From Eledone cirrhosa (Eukaryota): a stretch of 64,000 bases of DNA. Under the pieces are notes generated by a model. The model had not been told where the DNA came from and did not search any database. It was given only the letters and a program-made list of their open reading frames with translations. Position 1 is the stretch's first letter. Every line of letters begins with the position of its first letter. The translations under genes were made by a program, and so were the position numbers. The DNA lies in contig OZ024741.1 in NCBI GenBank assembly GCA_964016885.1, forward strand, positions 386,012,001 to 386,076,000, given 5' to 3'. Positions 36,301 to 48,200 of the stretch are shown here, one piece after another.

Positions 36301-36804
36301 TCTGTGCTACATACATTAGCTCAGTCACGTATGTATTATCCGCGGCAAAGAATCAACGTGCCACGCACCTATTATCTGTGTGACATATAATGTAACTAGC
36401 AATTTCTGTTATTGGGAGGGGAGGAAGTGTGTTAATGAAACGGTGTTGCACTAAAACTATTCCCTCTTCTCAGAAAGGTTAACTGATATCTCTGTTCTTA
36501 TTTAAAATATACCAAATATGAAACCTTAGATATAAGCTAAACTCGAGTTGTTTGATATTAAAGATAAAGCATGTTATTTGTCTCAATAAGACTTAGTTGC
36601 GGAGCAAGACAGTAAGTTTTGGCTGCTATTTCTAGCATGTCGGCTACCTGGATAACAAAATGTTTTATTTTATTTACATATAAACAATTTATAGAATGAA
36701 TTTCATTTATAAAATATACAAATCAATAGAAATTAATCAGAGGAAAAAAGGGGAAAAGACACACAACTGTAGGGAATAGTAGCGTTTCTCTTTAAATATT
36801 TTAG

Positions 36805-37143
36805 GTCTAATGGTTAGGATCCTTCACATACGATCGTTATGTAGCGGGGGAGTTAAGCCCATGAATGACCGGCGTCCTGTCCAGGGTGAGATTTGTACTT
36901 TCAGTTGCATAACACCAAGGAAACCAGAGATAAATACCGACCTGGTGAGTTTCTGGTTTATAACAGACTTTAACTTAACAAGTCAAGGCACTCAGAGCAT
37001 TGCTGTATATAATAGTGAGGCTAAACCACACCATGAGCATCATCTGATACTTCAGTAAAGCAAGCTGCCAACAAAGGCAAAAACCTCAATGTCAACGACC
37101 TAGCTCCCATTAATGTCACAGACTGGAAAAAAAAAAAAAAAAA
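36805..37143 (+). mobile_element. SINE body and tail plus 3' extension ending in poly(A)
   Basis: GACCGGCGTCCTGTCCAGGG..GGAAACCAGAGATAA..ACAGACTTTAACTT, then ~160 bp shared in inverted form with 42385-42545. Confidence 0.7.
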
Positions 37144-37373
37144 GTTTGCGGATAAGTTGTTGATTAGCTCCAGGTCATTTCTGATCATGTAGACCTATGA
37201 CCATTAGTTTTGCTTGTCCTAAGGCATAATCTATGACTAAAACATCCAATATGTCCATTGTATTTGTTATTGTCATTATTTAGCCCCAGGTGAGCCCCGA
37301 GAGAGTAGGCATATAATTGTTTCTACTTTTGGCACAAGACCAGCAATTTAAAGGAAAGGGGAAAGTTGATTAA

Positions 37374-37588
37374 CCCTTTAACATTTACATTACTCCATAC
37401 TAACTATTGTATTTTCACAGTAAAGGCTTACATAATTATCTCGCATAATAACGAATCTACGAGATTTTGATGTTAATTATTTCGAAAACAATATCTTAAT
37501 GTAGGTATGAGCGGCCAGTTACAGCCGGTTTGAACAGAAAGAGGTGAGAGAGTTCTGGCTGGATATGGCCGGTTTAAATACTAAAGGG
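37374..37588. mobile_element. piggyBac-type MITE inserted at TTAA inside a minus-strand OK-like SINE
   Basis: TTAA-CCCTTTAACATTTA ... TAAATACTAAAGGG-TTAA. Removing it gives GTTGATTAAATCAACC, matching the uninterrupted copy GTCGATTAAATCGAC at ~35411. Confidence 0.85.
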
Positions 37589-37879
37589 TTAAATCAACCC
37601 CAGTGCCATTACTGGTATTTTATTTTATTGGATGAACGGATGAAAGGCAAAGTTATCCTTGGCAGGATTTGAACTCAGAATATAAAGAGTCATAACTACA
37701 AGCTGCAAAACATGTTGTCTGACACTCTACCAATACGTCTAATTCATCAATCAAAGGCATTTCAGCTGTGAGCACCCCATCTTTTTAGGAGTCTATGGCT
37801 ACATCCAGTATGTCCTTTGTATTTTTTCAAAATCCTAAGTCAATGTTTCTTTTCTTGCTGATTAAAGTGCCATATCAGG

Positions 37880-38230
37880 TTGATGTTGAACTATTTAGTA
37901 TGGCCCAGCCCTGTGACACACTGCCTTGTGCTTTAGCCTTCTAGACTGTTTTGACTGCCCTTCATTTCCTTACAGTAATATCTGCACTGGGCACTTTGAG
38001 GCCTTGCAGATGTTCTTGTATCTGTGTCACTATGAATTCTTCACTGACAGAGCTAAATAGAAGCCTAAGCTTGTTGCTATTCCCATACAATTCAAAGCTA
38101 CTTAAGCTTTGTAGCAAACCCAGCATTCTGTAAAGAAAGATGGCTACTTCTCTTGTGCTCAAAGTCCTCTATTACAATCAGGTGTATTTCATAGATGAGC
38201 AAGGGTATGAAGACACCATAGGAGGATCCC
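37880..38230 (-). mobile_element. Probable HERO/NeSL-like (RLE-type) non-LTR fragment
   Basis: RMLGLLQSLSSFELYGNSNKLRLLFSSVSEEF.VT resembles, from memory, the post-RT segment W-LGLP-SLSS-ALYG-NKL-LP-SL-EEF of HERO elements. Confidence 0.55.
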
Positions 38231-38280
38231 ATGCTAGTAGACCCAAGCCTTAAATCTTCAAGGGCAGCACTAGTTGTCTT

Positions 38281-38535
38281 GTGAAGGTGCGTGGCCTTGT
38301 GGTAAGAGTGTTGGACTTATGATCATAATGTCGTGGATTCAATTCCTGTACTGGGTGGTATATTGTGTTCTTGAGCAAAACACTTCATTTCATGTTGCTC
38401 CAGTATACTCAGCTAAAAATAAGCACCAGCAATACTGATGTACTGGTGTCCTGACCAGGGGAGAGTCTCTTTATGCCATGAAAACTTGGATAAGTACCTG
38501 CCTGATGAGCTTCCAGGCTCAAGACAGACTTTTCT
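38281..38535 (+). mobile_element. tRNA-head SINE
   Basis: GTGAAGGTGCGTGGCCTTGTGGTAAG (A box), GGATTCAATTCC (B box), TTCTTGAGCAAAACACTT core, CCTGATGAGC..CAGACTT tail. Confidence 0.75.
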
Positions 38536-38814
38536 GATTAATTGTCTTGATAGTGATTGTGTCCTTCAGACTGCAGTTGAAGATTTTCCAGAGACTACTA
38601 GTCATCCTCTAACTGATGGGATCTGGGTTTTCCCAACCTAAAGCAGAACTTCTTCTTCACCTCTCCTTTGTTCAAAACAAAAACCAGGAACTTGATGATG
38701 ATGGTTATGGTGGCAATGATGATGATGATGGGGATGATGATGGTGATGGTTATAATAGTGATTGTTATGGCGAAGGGTATGATGATAGTAATAATCATGA
38801 TGGTTATGGTGAAA

Positions 38815-39212
38815 CTTTTGTGTTTGAATGTGCAATGTAAATGTGAGTGAAAGGTAGAGCTTGGATGAACTGAAGGAGAAACTGGATTTACGAGGAATCA
38901 GAAGTGGTGTGCAGGAGAGAAGACTGCATTGGTATGGACATGTGCTGTGCATGGAGGATGATTGCTGGGTGAAGAAATGCCAAGAAATCCCAGTGGAAGG
39001 AAGCTGCAGTAGAGGAAGACGAAGGAAGACCTGAGCGGAGGAAGTGAGAGACTCACAGTAGAGACAGCAAAGGAATGTGATGAGTGGAAAGATGTTGTGC
39101 TGAAAAGAACCCATCCAACCCATGCAAGTGTGGAAAAATGAATGTAAAAATGATGATGATGACGATGATGATGATGACAATGATGGTTATAGTGGGGGTA
39201 ATGATGATGATA
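38815..39212 (+). mobile_element. RTE LINE 3' end with (ATG)n tail
   Basis: ELKEKLDLRGIRSGVQERRLHWYGHV..MEDDCWVKKC....VEGSCSRGRRRKT; ends CCAACCCATGCAAGTGTGGAAAAATG followed by (ATG)n. Confidence 0.8.
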
Positions 39213-39214
39213 AT

Positions 39215-39400
39215 TGTTTCTACTTTTGGCACAAGGCCAGCAATTACCCAGTACATTACTGGTACTTTATTTTATCGACCCTGTAAGGATGAAAGGCAAA
39301 GTTAACCTCGGCGGGATTTGAACTCAGACCGTAAAGGGACGTAACTATGCTGGAAAGCATGGCGTCCAACTCTCTACCGATACTGCCAATCCACCGCGAT
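39215..39400 (-). mobile_element. OK-like SINE
   Basis: ACTGGTACTTTATTTTATCGACCCTGTAAGGATGAAAGGCAAAGTTAACCTCGGCGGGATTTGAACTCAG. Confidence 0.75.
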
Positions 39401-40084
39401 GATGATAATAATCATGCTGCTTATGGTGATGATGATGATGGTTATGGTGGTGAGAACAATAATAATAAAAATGATAATGATAATAATAATCATGATTGTT
39501 ATAGTGGTGATGATTGTGATGATGATGGTGATGATGATGATACTCATTCTGATGATGGTGATAATGCTGCTGCTGATAATGATAAATTGCAATAACACTC
39601 AGGTTAATGACATTAGATAAGGTGTTGTTTTGTATCATCTGTTGTTGTTGTTGTCGGCAGTGTTTTTTGTTTTTCCCTTGTTTGTCTAATTTATTTTATT
39701 ATTGTTTTTTTTTAAATTTTTTTAAAATGATCCAAGTAGAAAATCGATAACAGATGTGATGATGTCCTGTAATCATCGGGCTGCCAGAGGATGGTGGTAG
39801 TAGTGGTGGAGGTGGGGAAATGGGGTGTGGTTATGGGTGGCGGAGTGAAGGAGAAAAGGGAATGTTGGTGGCTGGTCATGTGCATAAGATGGGAAAACAA
39901 CAACAACATCGAAAAAATACGATGTAGTAGGGTAGAACAAAGAAGGAGGGGCATGAGAAGGGGTGGGGGAAGAGGAAGGGCAGGGGAAAGAGGAGGGACA
40001 GGAGGCAGCTGAAGAACAGATATGTTTGAAAAAGAGACAAAACAAAAATTTAAAAAAATCCCCATCTTTGTCTCTCTTACCCTC

Positions 40085-41225
40085 CACACACACAACACAT
40101 ACACCACACACACACATATACACATACACACACATATACACCATACACACACATATACACCATACACACACATATACACCATACACACATACACACACAT
40201 ACACCATACACACACATACACACACATACATACACACACATACACACACATACACCATACACACACATACATACACACACATACACACACATGCACCATA
40301 CACCATACACACACATACACACACATACATACACACATACACCATACACACACACACATACACCATACACCATACACCATACACACATACACACACATAC
40401 ACACACACATACACCATACACACACATATACACCATACACACATACACCATACACACATACACACATACACACACATATACACCATACACACATACACAC
40501 ACATACACCATACACCATACACACATACACCATACACCATACACACACATACACCACACACACAACACATACACCATACACCATACACACATACACCATA
40601 CACCATACACACACATACACCACACACACAACACATACACCATACACACACACACATACACCATACACCATACACACATACACCATACACACATACACAC
40701 ACATACACCATACACCATACACACATACACCATACACACACACACATACACCATACACACACATGCACACACATACACAAACATACACCATACACACTCA
40801 TACACACACATACATCATACACATACATACACACACATACACCATACACACACATATACACCATACACACATACACCATACACCATACACACATACACAC
40901 ACATACACCATACACACACATACACACACATACATACACACACATACACACACATACACCATACACACATACCACACATACACCATACACACATACACAC
41001 ACATACACATACACACACATACACCATACACACACACATACACACATACACACATACCACACATACACCATACACACACATACACCATACACATACACAC
41101 ACCATACACATACACACACACCATACACACATACCACACATACACCATACACACACATACACACACATACATCATACATCATACACACACATACACCATA
41201 CACACACATACATCATACACACATA
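40085..41225. repeat. Complex (CA)n/CCATACA/CATA microsatellite, ~1.15 kb
   Basis: Nearly G-free; built from CACA, CATA and CCATACA units. Confidence 0.95.
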
Positions 41226-41727
41226 TCTGAAATAAAGACATTAAAACACATCTTCCCTTGACCTCTCTTATTTACCTCCACTTGCCAACCTCCTCCACAC
41301 AAAAGCACCATCAAATTTCTCCTATGCTCCTCCTATTATCAAAATGAATTCTCTTCTCCATAGCAATTGTATAAAATTGATTAAAAAGAATAAATATTGT
41401 TTTTGGTTTATTGTGTTTTTTTGTTTTCTTACTGTTATTTTTCTTTTTTCTATAATGATTTTCTTACATTGTATGAAGGCCTCTCATTTGTTGTAAGAGA
41501 GGAGCAAAGTAAATCATAAGTTGATTGAATTGATCTCTCTCACACAGTAATATTACTAGTACTTCAAGGTATAAATACAAGACTAGATTTAGACCTTGGG
41601 AGGAGGCTGGGGCAGTTCAGATTTGGTGGGCCCCTCATATAACAATGCACACAAGCACACACACACACACACACACACACACGGACACACACATACACAT
41701 GTATATGTGTGTGTATGTATATATATA

Positions 41728-41950
41728 AAACGGTAAAGACCCCATTCAGTCACAAATGACCATGGGATTTGCTCCTAGAAAGTTCCCCTCTGAGGCACAA
41801 GTCCGGGCAAGGTTGTTTGTGGAAGACTTGCAGTTGCCCATGCATACCAGCTTCCCCTCTCCATGCTACCAATGTTGTCCAAGGGAAATACAATGGCCAA
41901 TACAGCTTGGCACCAGTGATGTCGCAACTCATTTCTATAGATGAGTAAAC
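41728..41950 (-). mobile_element. SINE or retroposon fragment
   Basis: Ends CTCATTTCTATAGATGAGTAAACT, matching the SINE core at 10750-10775; 5' part truncated. Confidence 0.45.
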
Positions 41951-42384
41951 TTATATATGTATGCTCATAAGCAAGAAGAAAAAGAGAGAAGAAAGGGCTC
42001 TGTTTGATGAGGTGGGACAGGGCATTCACCCCCACTACCAGCTGATAAATCCAACCTGCCTAAATATACAAGTGTTTTAAGGACTTTTTCCTTGCTGAAG
42101 AACTGTCTGTGGGAATTGAACCAAGGATTTGTTGTATGCTGGAATGATCCTCTCCATATTAAATTAAAAGGGATAATCTTAACCAATAGGTATAAAAAAG
42201 TCTCAAGGCTCACCAGGCTGGTTCTTATCCCGGTTATTAAGCAACTAACAGTATAAGACTTCCCCCTGGATGTTTTAGTCATAGATTATACATTAGGCCA
42301 AGAAAAACTAATGGTTTTGGCTGGATAGCTTTTAATCAGAAATAACCTGGGGCTAATCAACAACTTGAATTATCAGCACACTAT

Positions 42385-42825
42385 TTTTTTTTCCAGTCTG
42401 TGACATTCATGGGAGCTAGGCTGTTGACATTGAGGTTTTTGTCTTTGTTGACACCTTACCTTATTGAAGTATCAGGTAATGCTCATGATGTGGTTTAGTC
42501 TCACTACCATCCACAGCAATGCTCTGAGTGCCTTGACTTGTTAAGTTAAAGTCTGTTATAAGCTGAAGGCTCATCAGGTCGGTACTTATCTCTGGTTTCC
42601 TTGGTGTTAAGCAACTAAGTGTACAAGACTTCTCCCTGGCGAAAACACCAGTCCATCACAGGGTTAAACCTCCAGCTATTGCTGGTACTCATTTTCAGCT
42701 GTATATACTGGAGCAATGTAAAATGATGTGTTTTGCTTAAGAACGCAACACACAACCTAGTCCAGAAATCAAACCTATGACATTATTATAGTAAGTCTAA
42801 CACCCTTACACTAGGCTATGCGGGG
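42385..42825 (-). mobile_element. SINE with the same 3' extension as 36805-37143
   Basis: Reverse complement of the SINE head, core and tail, plus the extension starting at the T-run at 42385. Confidence 0.75.
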
Positions 42826-43544
42826 CCACTGTGTTTAATTTAGGAATATAAAGTCACTACCTCAAATCTAGTCTGGTACAACATATATAACATATTAGAA
42901 CACTATGTTTCAATCAGTTTGATTTCTGATTGTCATCAGTTGCCTTATTCCTGGATGTGTACATAGTACAGGGATGGATTCAAACTAAGGAGCCTTTATT
43001 TCTGAATTAACAGTAATGACCTAACCAGGATTTGGGTTGCATTACACATAGCCAGGCCCCTGGGCTTTCAACTATTCAGCCCCCCTATGGCATTTCCGTT
43101 TTTCATGGCATCATCATCATCATCATCATTTTTATCTCTGCTTTCCACACTAGCATGGATTGGATGGATTGTCACAGCCCACAGCCAGGTGGGTTGGAGT
43201 GCCCAATCACATTCATACATTCAGTGCTGGACTTAACTATAAGCTATAGCTTATGGCCACATACCCTTGAGGGCCTCATATTTTAAAATACATTTTGATT
43301 TTATCATTAGTTTTTAGTCTTTAACACTAAATCATCAATATATATATTATTTATTCTTTATCATTAACATTAATATGAAAAATAATATTAATCATGTATA
43401 ATTATTTTTACTTTTTTACCCAACTTTGCTGGTATAAATTTCATATAGCTTAGGGCCTCAGCAAGTAAAAGTTGGTCATGCCCTCATTCCATATTTTGTA
43501 TTGGTATTACAGATATCCTCCATAACATCAACTGCCTTACATTA

Positions 43545-43850
43545 GTTGCATTTTATCATGGCATCAGCACTAACACCTTACAAAAGTCTATTAGGTATAA
43601 TTTATTGTGACACTAGCACTAACACTTTACAGAGGGAAATGGGTGCATTTTATCATGGCACTAGTACTAACACTTTACATAATGTACTAGGAATATTTTA
43701 TTGTGACACCAGCACTAACACTTTACAGAGTGTACTATGTATATTTTATTGTGACACCAGCACTAACACTTTACAGAGGGAAATGGGTGTATTTTATCAT
43801 GGCACTAGCATTAACACTTCACAGTGTGGTTGGGTGCATTTTATGATATC
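43545..43850 (-). repeat. ~43-bp minisatellite (~7 units) derived from a SINE-internal unit
   Basis: TTTATCATGGCACTAGCACTAACACTTTACAG units match the reverse complement of the CTGTAAAGTGG..GGTGCCACG..AAAAGCACCC units at 9900-10010. Confidence 0.75.
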
Positions 43851-43989
43851 CCACGACAGTAAAAAAAATAAAAGAAAAAAATACCAGAATAGTCTCTACA
43901 GTGCTCCTAAGCTTCAGCCTCATCACCCTTATGAATAATACAGCCCTGACCAGGAGTTCACTGTATTTATTACTTCAAAGTACTTGTAT

Positions 43990-44425
43990 CAGCATTCTTC
44001 AGAACATCTGTTGAGTCAATGTTGTTGTATAGATCAAGTACATGGACCCTGACACAAACACTTGAGAAGAAACTAGATGGCAGACACACTAAAATACTTA
44101 AGGTTGTACAAAATATAAACTGGCATCAAAATATTACAAATGAAAGTTTATAAGGAAACATACCCAAGATAACAATTACAATTGCTCAAAGGCAGTTATG
44201 ATTTACAGGACATTGCTGGAGAAGTAATCAGGAAGTTATACACAAGCTACTGTTGTGGAAACCAACTCATGGGAGACGCAGTAGAAGACTTGCTTGAATT
44301 TTCATCGATCAACTCTCAGACGATACAAACCTCAGTAGGGAGCAGTTACCAGGAGAAATGGAATATTGTGAATTGTGGAGAGACTTTGTTATGAAAGTTC
44401 AACTGTGAAGGCAATGATGATGACT
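43990..44425 (+). mobile_element. RTE LINE 3' end with (TGA)n tail
   Basis: FFRTSVESMLLY.SSTWTLTQTLEKKLDG.HTKILK...FTGHCWRS.QEVIHKLLLWKPTHGRR, with in-frame stops. Confidence 0.85.
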
Positions 44426-44581
44426 TGTGTGAAGGTTCCTCTGGGATGAGCTGAGCAGGTTTCAATCAGTGAAACCATAGTACCATGATTAGAAACTGAC
44501 CAACTGAATGTGTCAGGCAATTACAGACGCTGAATGCAGAAATTGTTGACCTGTTGCAATTCTGACAGTGTACCATATATA

Positions 44582-44860
44582 GTGTGAAGTCACATGACCT
44601 AATGGTTAGGATGCTTAATATACGATTGTAATGTTGTCGGTTCGATTCCTGGACCAGGATGTGTGTTGTGTTCCTTAGTATACTCAGCTCCAGTACACTC
44701 AGCTGAGAGTGTGTACCAGCAGTAGTTGAGGAGTTAATCCTGTGATAGGTCAGTATTATACCCAGAGGGAGTATTGTACTCTCAGTTGCTTAATGTGAAG
44801 GAAACTGGTGTATACGCACCAACTTGATGAGCCTTGGATTAGAACAGATTTTAACTTTCA
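44582..44860 (+). mobile_element. tRNA-head SINE
   Basis: CATGACCTAATGGTTAGG (A box), GGTTCGATTCC (B box), TGATGAGCC..ACAGATTTTAACTT tail. Confidence 0.75.
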
Positions 44861-45019
44861 CTAACACCGTATATGCAATCACCAGAAATGAGCTATCAAA
44901 GCAGCTTCTACGTGGTTGCCAGATCTGCATGAAACAACCGTCAAATTTCCCGCAAATAATATTCACACATACTTCAGGAAAAAAAATACAAACAAAATAG
45001 AAAGGATGTTCACGGCTGG

Positions 45020-45215
45020 ATTGATGGTGCTATGATAAAATGCACCCAGTGCACTCTGTAAGGTAGTTGGTGTTAAGAAGAGCATCTAGCCATAGAAACC
45101 ATAGAAAATATGAAACACATGTGCAAAATAAAATCTCTCTGCCTCCTCTAGTCTTAATAGCCAGCCTGTACAACTTATGTCAGCATGGAGGGCAGACATA
45201 TAATAATGGTGAACA
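45020..45215 (+). mobile_element. SINE 3' portion abutting the minisatellite
   Basis: GCACCCAGTGCACTCTGTAAGGTAGTTGGTGTTAAGAAGAGCATCTAGCCATAGAAACC is homologous to 9985-10045. Confidence 0.6.
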
Positions 45216-45255
45216 ACAGCAACAAGAAAAACTAGCAACAGCAGTAATAAATACC

Positions 45256-48200
45256 TTATAGTTGTTGTTGTGTTAGTTATAGTTGTTGTTGTGGTAGTTA
45301 TAGTTGTTGTTGTAGTAGTTATAGTTGTTGTTGTAGTAGTTATAGTTGTTGTAGTAGTTATAGTTGTTGTTGTGGTAGTTATAGTTGTTGTTGTAGTAGT
45401 TATAGTTGTTGTTGTAGTAGTTATAGTTGTAGTAGTAGTTATAGTTGTTGTAGTAGTTATAGTTGTTGTTGTGGTAGTTATAGTTGTTGTTGTAATAGTT
45501 ATAGTTGTTGTTGTAGTAGTTATAGTTGTTGTTGTAGTAGTTATAGTTGTAGTAGTAGTTATAGTTGTTGTTGTGGTAGTTATAGTTGTTGTTGTAGTAG
45601 TTATAGTTGTTGTTGTAGTAGTTATAGTTGTTGTAGTAGTTATAGTTGTTGTGGTAGTTATAGTTGTTGTTGTAATAGTTATAGTTGTTGTTGTAGTAGT
45701 TATAGTTGTTGTTGTAGTAGTTATAGTTGTTGTTGTAATAGTTATAGTTGTTGTTGTGGTAGTTATAGTTGTTGTTGTGGTAGTTATAGTTGTTGTTGTG
45801 GTAGTTATAGTTGTTGTTGTAATAGTTATAGTTGTTGTTGTAGTATATATAGTTGTTGTTGTAGTAGTTATAGTTGTTGTTGTAGTAGTTATAGTTGTTG
45901 TTGTGGTAGTTATAGTTGTTGTTGTAATAGTTATAGTTGTTGTTGTGGTAGTTATAGTTGTTGTTGTGGTAGTTATAGTTGTTGTTGTGGTAGTTATAGT
46001 TGTTGCTGTGGTAGTTATAGTTGTTGTTGTAGTAGTTATAGTTGTTGTTGTGGTAGTTATAGTTGTTGTTGTGGTAGTTATAGTTGTTGTTGTAGTAGTC
46101 ATAGTTGTTGTTGTAGTAGTTATAGTTGTTGTTGTAATAGTTATAGTTGTTGTTGTGGTAGTTATAGTTGTTGTTGTGGTAGTTATAGTTGTTGTTGTGG
46201 TAGTTATAGTTGTTGCTGTGGTAGTTATAGTTGTTGTTGTAGTAGTTATAGTTGTTGTTGTGGTAGTTATAGTTGTTGTTGTGGTAGTTATAGTTGTTGT
46301 TGTAGTAGTTATAGTTGTTGTTGTGGTAGTTATAGTTGTTGTTGTAGTAGTTATAGTTGTTGTTGTAGTAGTTATAGTTGTTGTTGTAATAGTTATAGTT
46401 GTTGTTGTGGTAGTTATAGTTGTTGTTGTGGTAGTTATAGTTGTTGTTGTGGTATTTATAGTTGTTGTTGTGGTAGTTATAGTTGTTGTTGTGGTAGTTA
46501 TAGTTGTTGTTGTGGTAGTTATAGTTGTTGTTGTGCTAGTTATAGTTGTTGTTGTGCTAGTTATAGTTGTTGTTGTGGTAGTTATAGTTGTTGTTGTGGT
46601 AGTTATAGTTGTTGTTGTAGTAGTTATAGTTGTTGTAGTAGTTATAGTTGTTGTTGTAGTAGTTATAGTTGTTGTTGTAGTAGTTATAGTTGTTGTAGTA
46701 GTTATAGTTGTTGTTGTGGTAGTTATAGTTGTTGTTGTAGTAGTTATAGTTGTTATTGTAGTAGTTATAGTTGTTGTTGTGGTAGTTATAGTTGTTGTTG
46801 TGGTAGTTATAGTTGTTGTTGTGGTAGTTATAGTTGTTGTTGTGGTAGTTATAGTTGTTGTTGTATTAGTTATAGTTGTTGTTGTGGTAGTTATAATTGT
46901 TGTTGTAGTAGTTATAGTTGTTGTTGTATTAGTTATAGTTGTTGTTGTGGTAGTTATAGTTGTTGTTGTGGTAGTTATAGTTGTTGTTGTGGTAGTTATA
47001 GTTGTTGTTGTAGTAGTTATAGTTGTTGTTGTAGTAGTTGTTGTTGTAGTTATAGTTGTTGTGGTAGTTATAGTTGTTGTTGTGGTAGTTATAGTTGTTG
47101 TTGTGGTAGTTATAGTTGTTGTTGTGGTAGTTATAGTTGTTGTTGTAGTAGTTATAGTTGTTGTTGTAGTAGTTGTTGTTGTTGTAGTTATAGTTGTTGT
47201 TGTGGTAGTTATAGTTGTTGTTGTGGTAGTTATAGTTGTTGTTGTAGTAGTTGTTGTTGTTGTTGTGGTAGTTATAGTTGTTGTTGTGGTAGTTATAGTT
47301 GTTGTTGTAGTAGTTATAGTTGTTGTTGTAGTAGTTGTTGTTGTTGTAGTTATAGTTGTTGTGGTAGTTATAGTTGTTGTTGTGGTAGTTATAGTTGTTG
47401 TTGTGGTAGTTATAGTTGTTGTTGTAGTAGTTATAGTTGTTGTTGTGGTAGTTATAGTTGTTGTTGTGGTAGTTATAGTTGTTGTTGTGGTAGTTATAGT
47501 TGTTGTTGTAGTAGTTATAATTGTTGTTGTAGTAGTTATAGTTGTTGTTGTAGTAGTTATAGTTGTTGTTGTAATAGTTATAGTTGTTGTTGTGGTAGTT
47601 ATAGTTGTTGTTGTAGTAGTTATAGTTGTTGTTGTGGTAGTTATAGTTGTTGTTGTTGTAGTTATAGTTGTTGTTGTGGTAGTTATAGTTGTTGTTGTAG
47701 TAGTTATAGTTGTTGTTGTTGTAATTATAGTTGTTGTTGTAGTAGTTATAGTTGTTGTTGTGGCAGTTATAGTTGTTGTTGTAGTAGTTATAGTTGTTGT
47801 TGTTGTAGTTATAGTTGTTGTTGTTGTAGTTATAGTTGTTGTTGTGGTAGTTATAGTTGTTGTTGTTGTAGTTATAGTTGTTGTTGTGGTAGTTATAGTT
47901 GTTGTTGTAGTAGTTATAGTTGTTGTTGTTGTAGTTATAGTTGTTGTTGTAGTAGTTAAAGTTGTTGTTGTGGCAGTTATAGTTGTTGTTGTAGTAGTTA
48001 TAGTTGTTGTTGTTGTAGTTATAGTTGTTGTTGTTGTAGTTATAGTTGTTGTTGTGGTAGTTATAGTTGTTGTTGTGGTAGTTATAGTTGTTGTTGTAGT
48101 AGTTATAGTTGTTGTTGTTGTAGTTATAGTTGTTGTTGTGGTAGTTATAGTTGTTGTTGTAGTAGTTATAGTTGTTGTTGTAGTTATAGTTGTTGTTGTG

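Noticed and set aside
38500-38530. CTGATGAG in SINE tails (also ~42570 and ~44825) as hammerhead cores
   Set aside because: No correctly placed GAAA or stem III; it is part of the conserved SINE 3' tail.
38598-39638. Poly-Asp/His/Met ORFs
   Set aside because: (ATG)n-type trinucleotide microsatellites associated with retroposon tails.
39712-41261. His/Thr/Tyr-rich and Val/Cys-rich ORFs (His-rich beak-protein-like)
   Set aside because: A CA/TA microsatellite that is open in all six frames.
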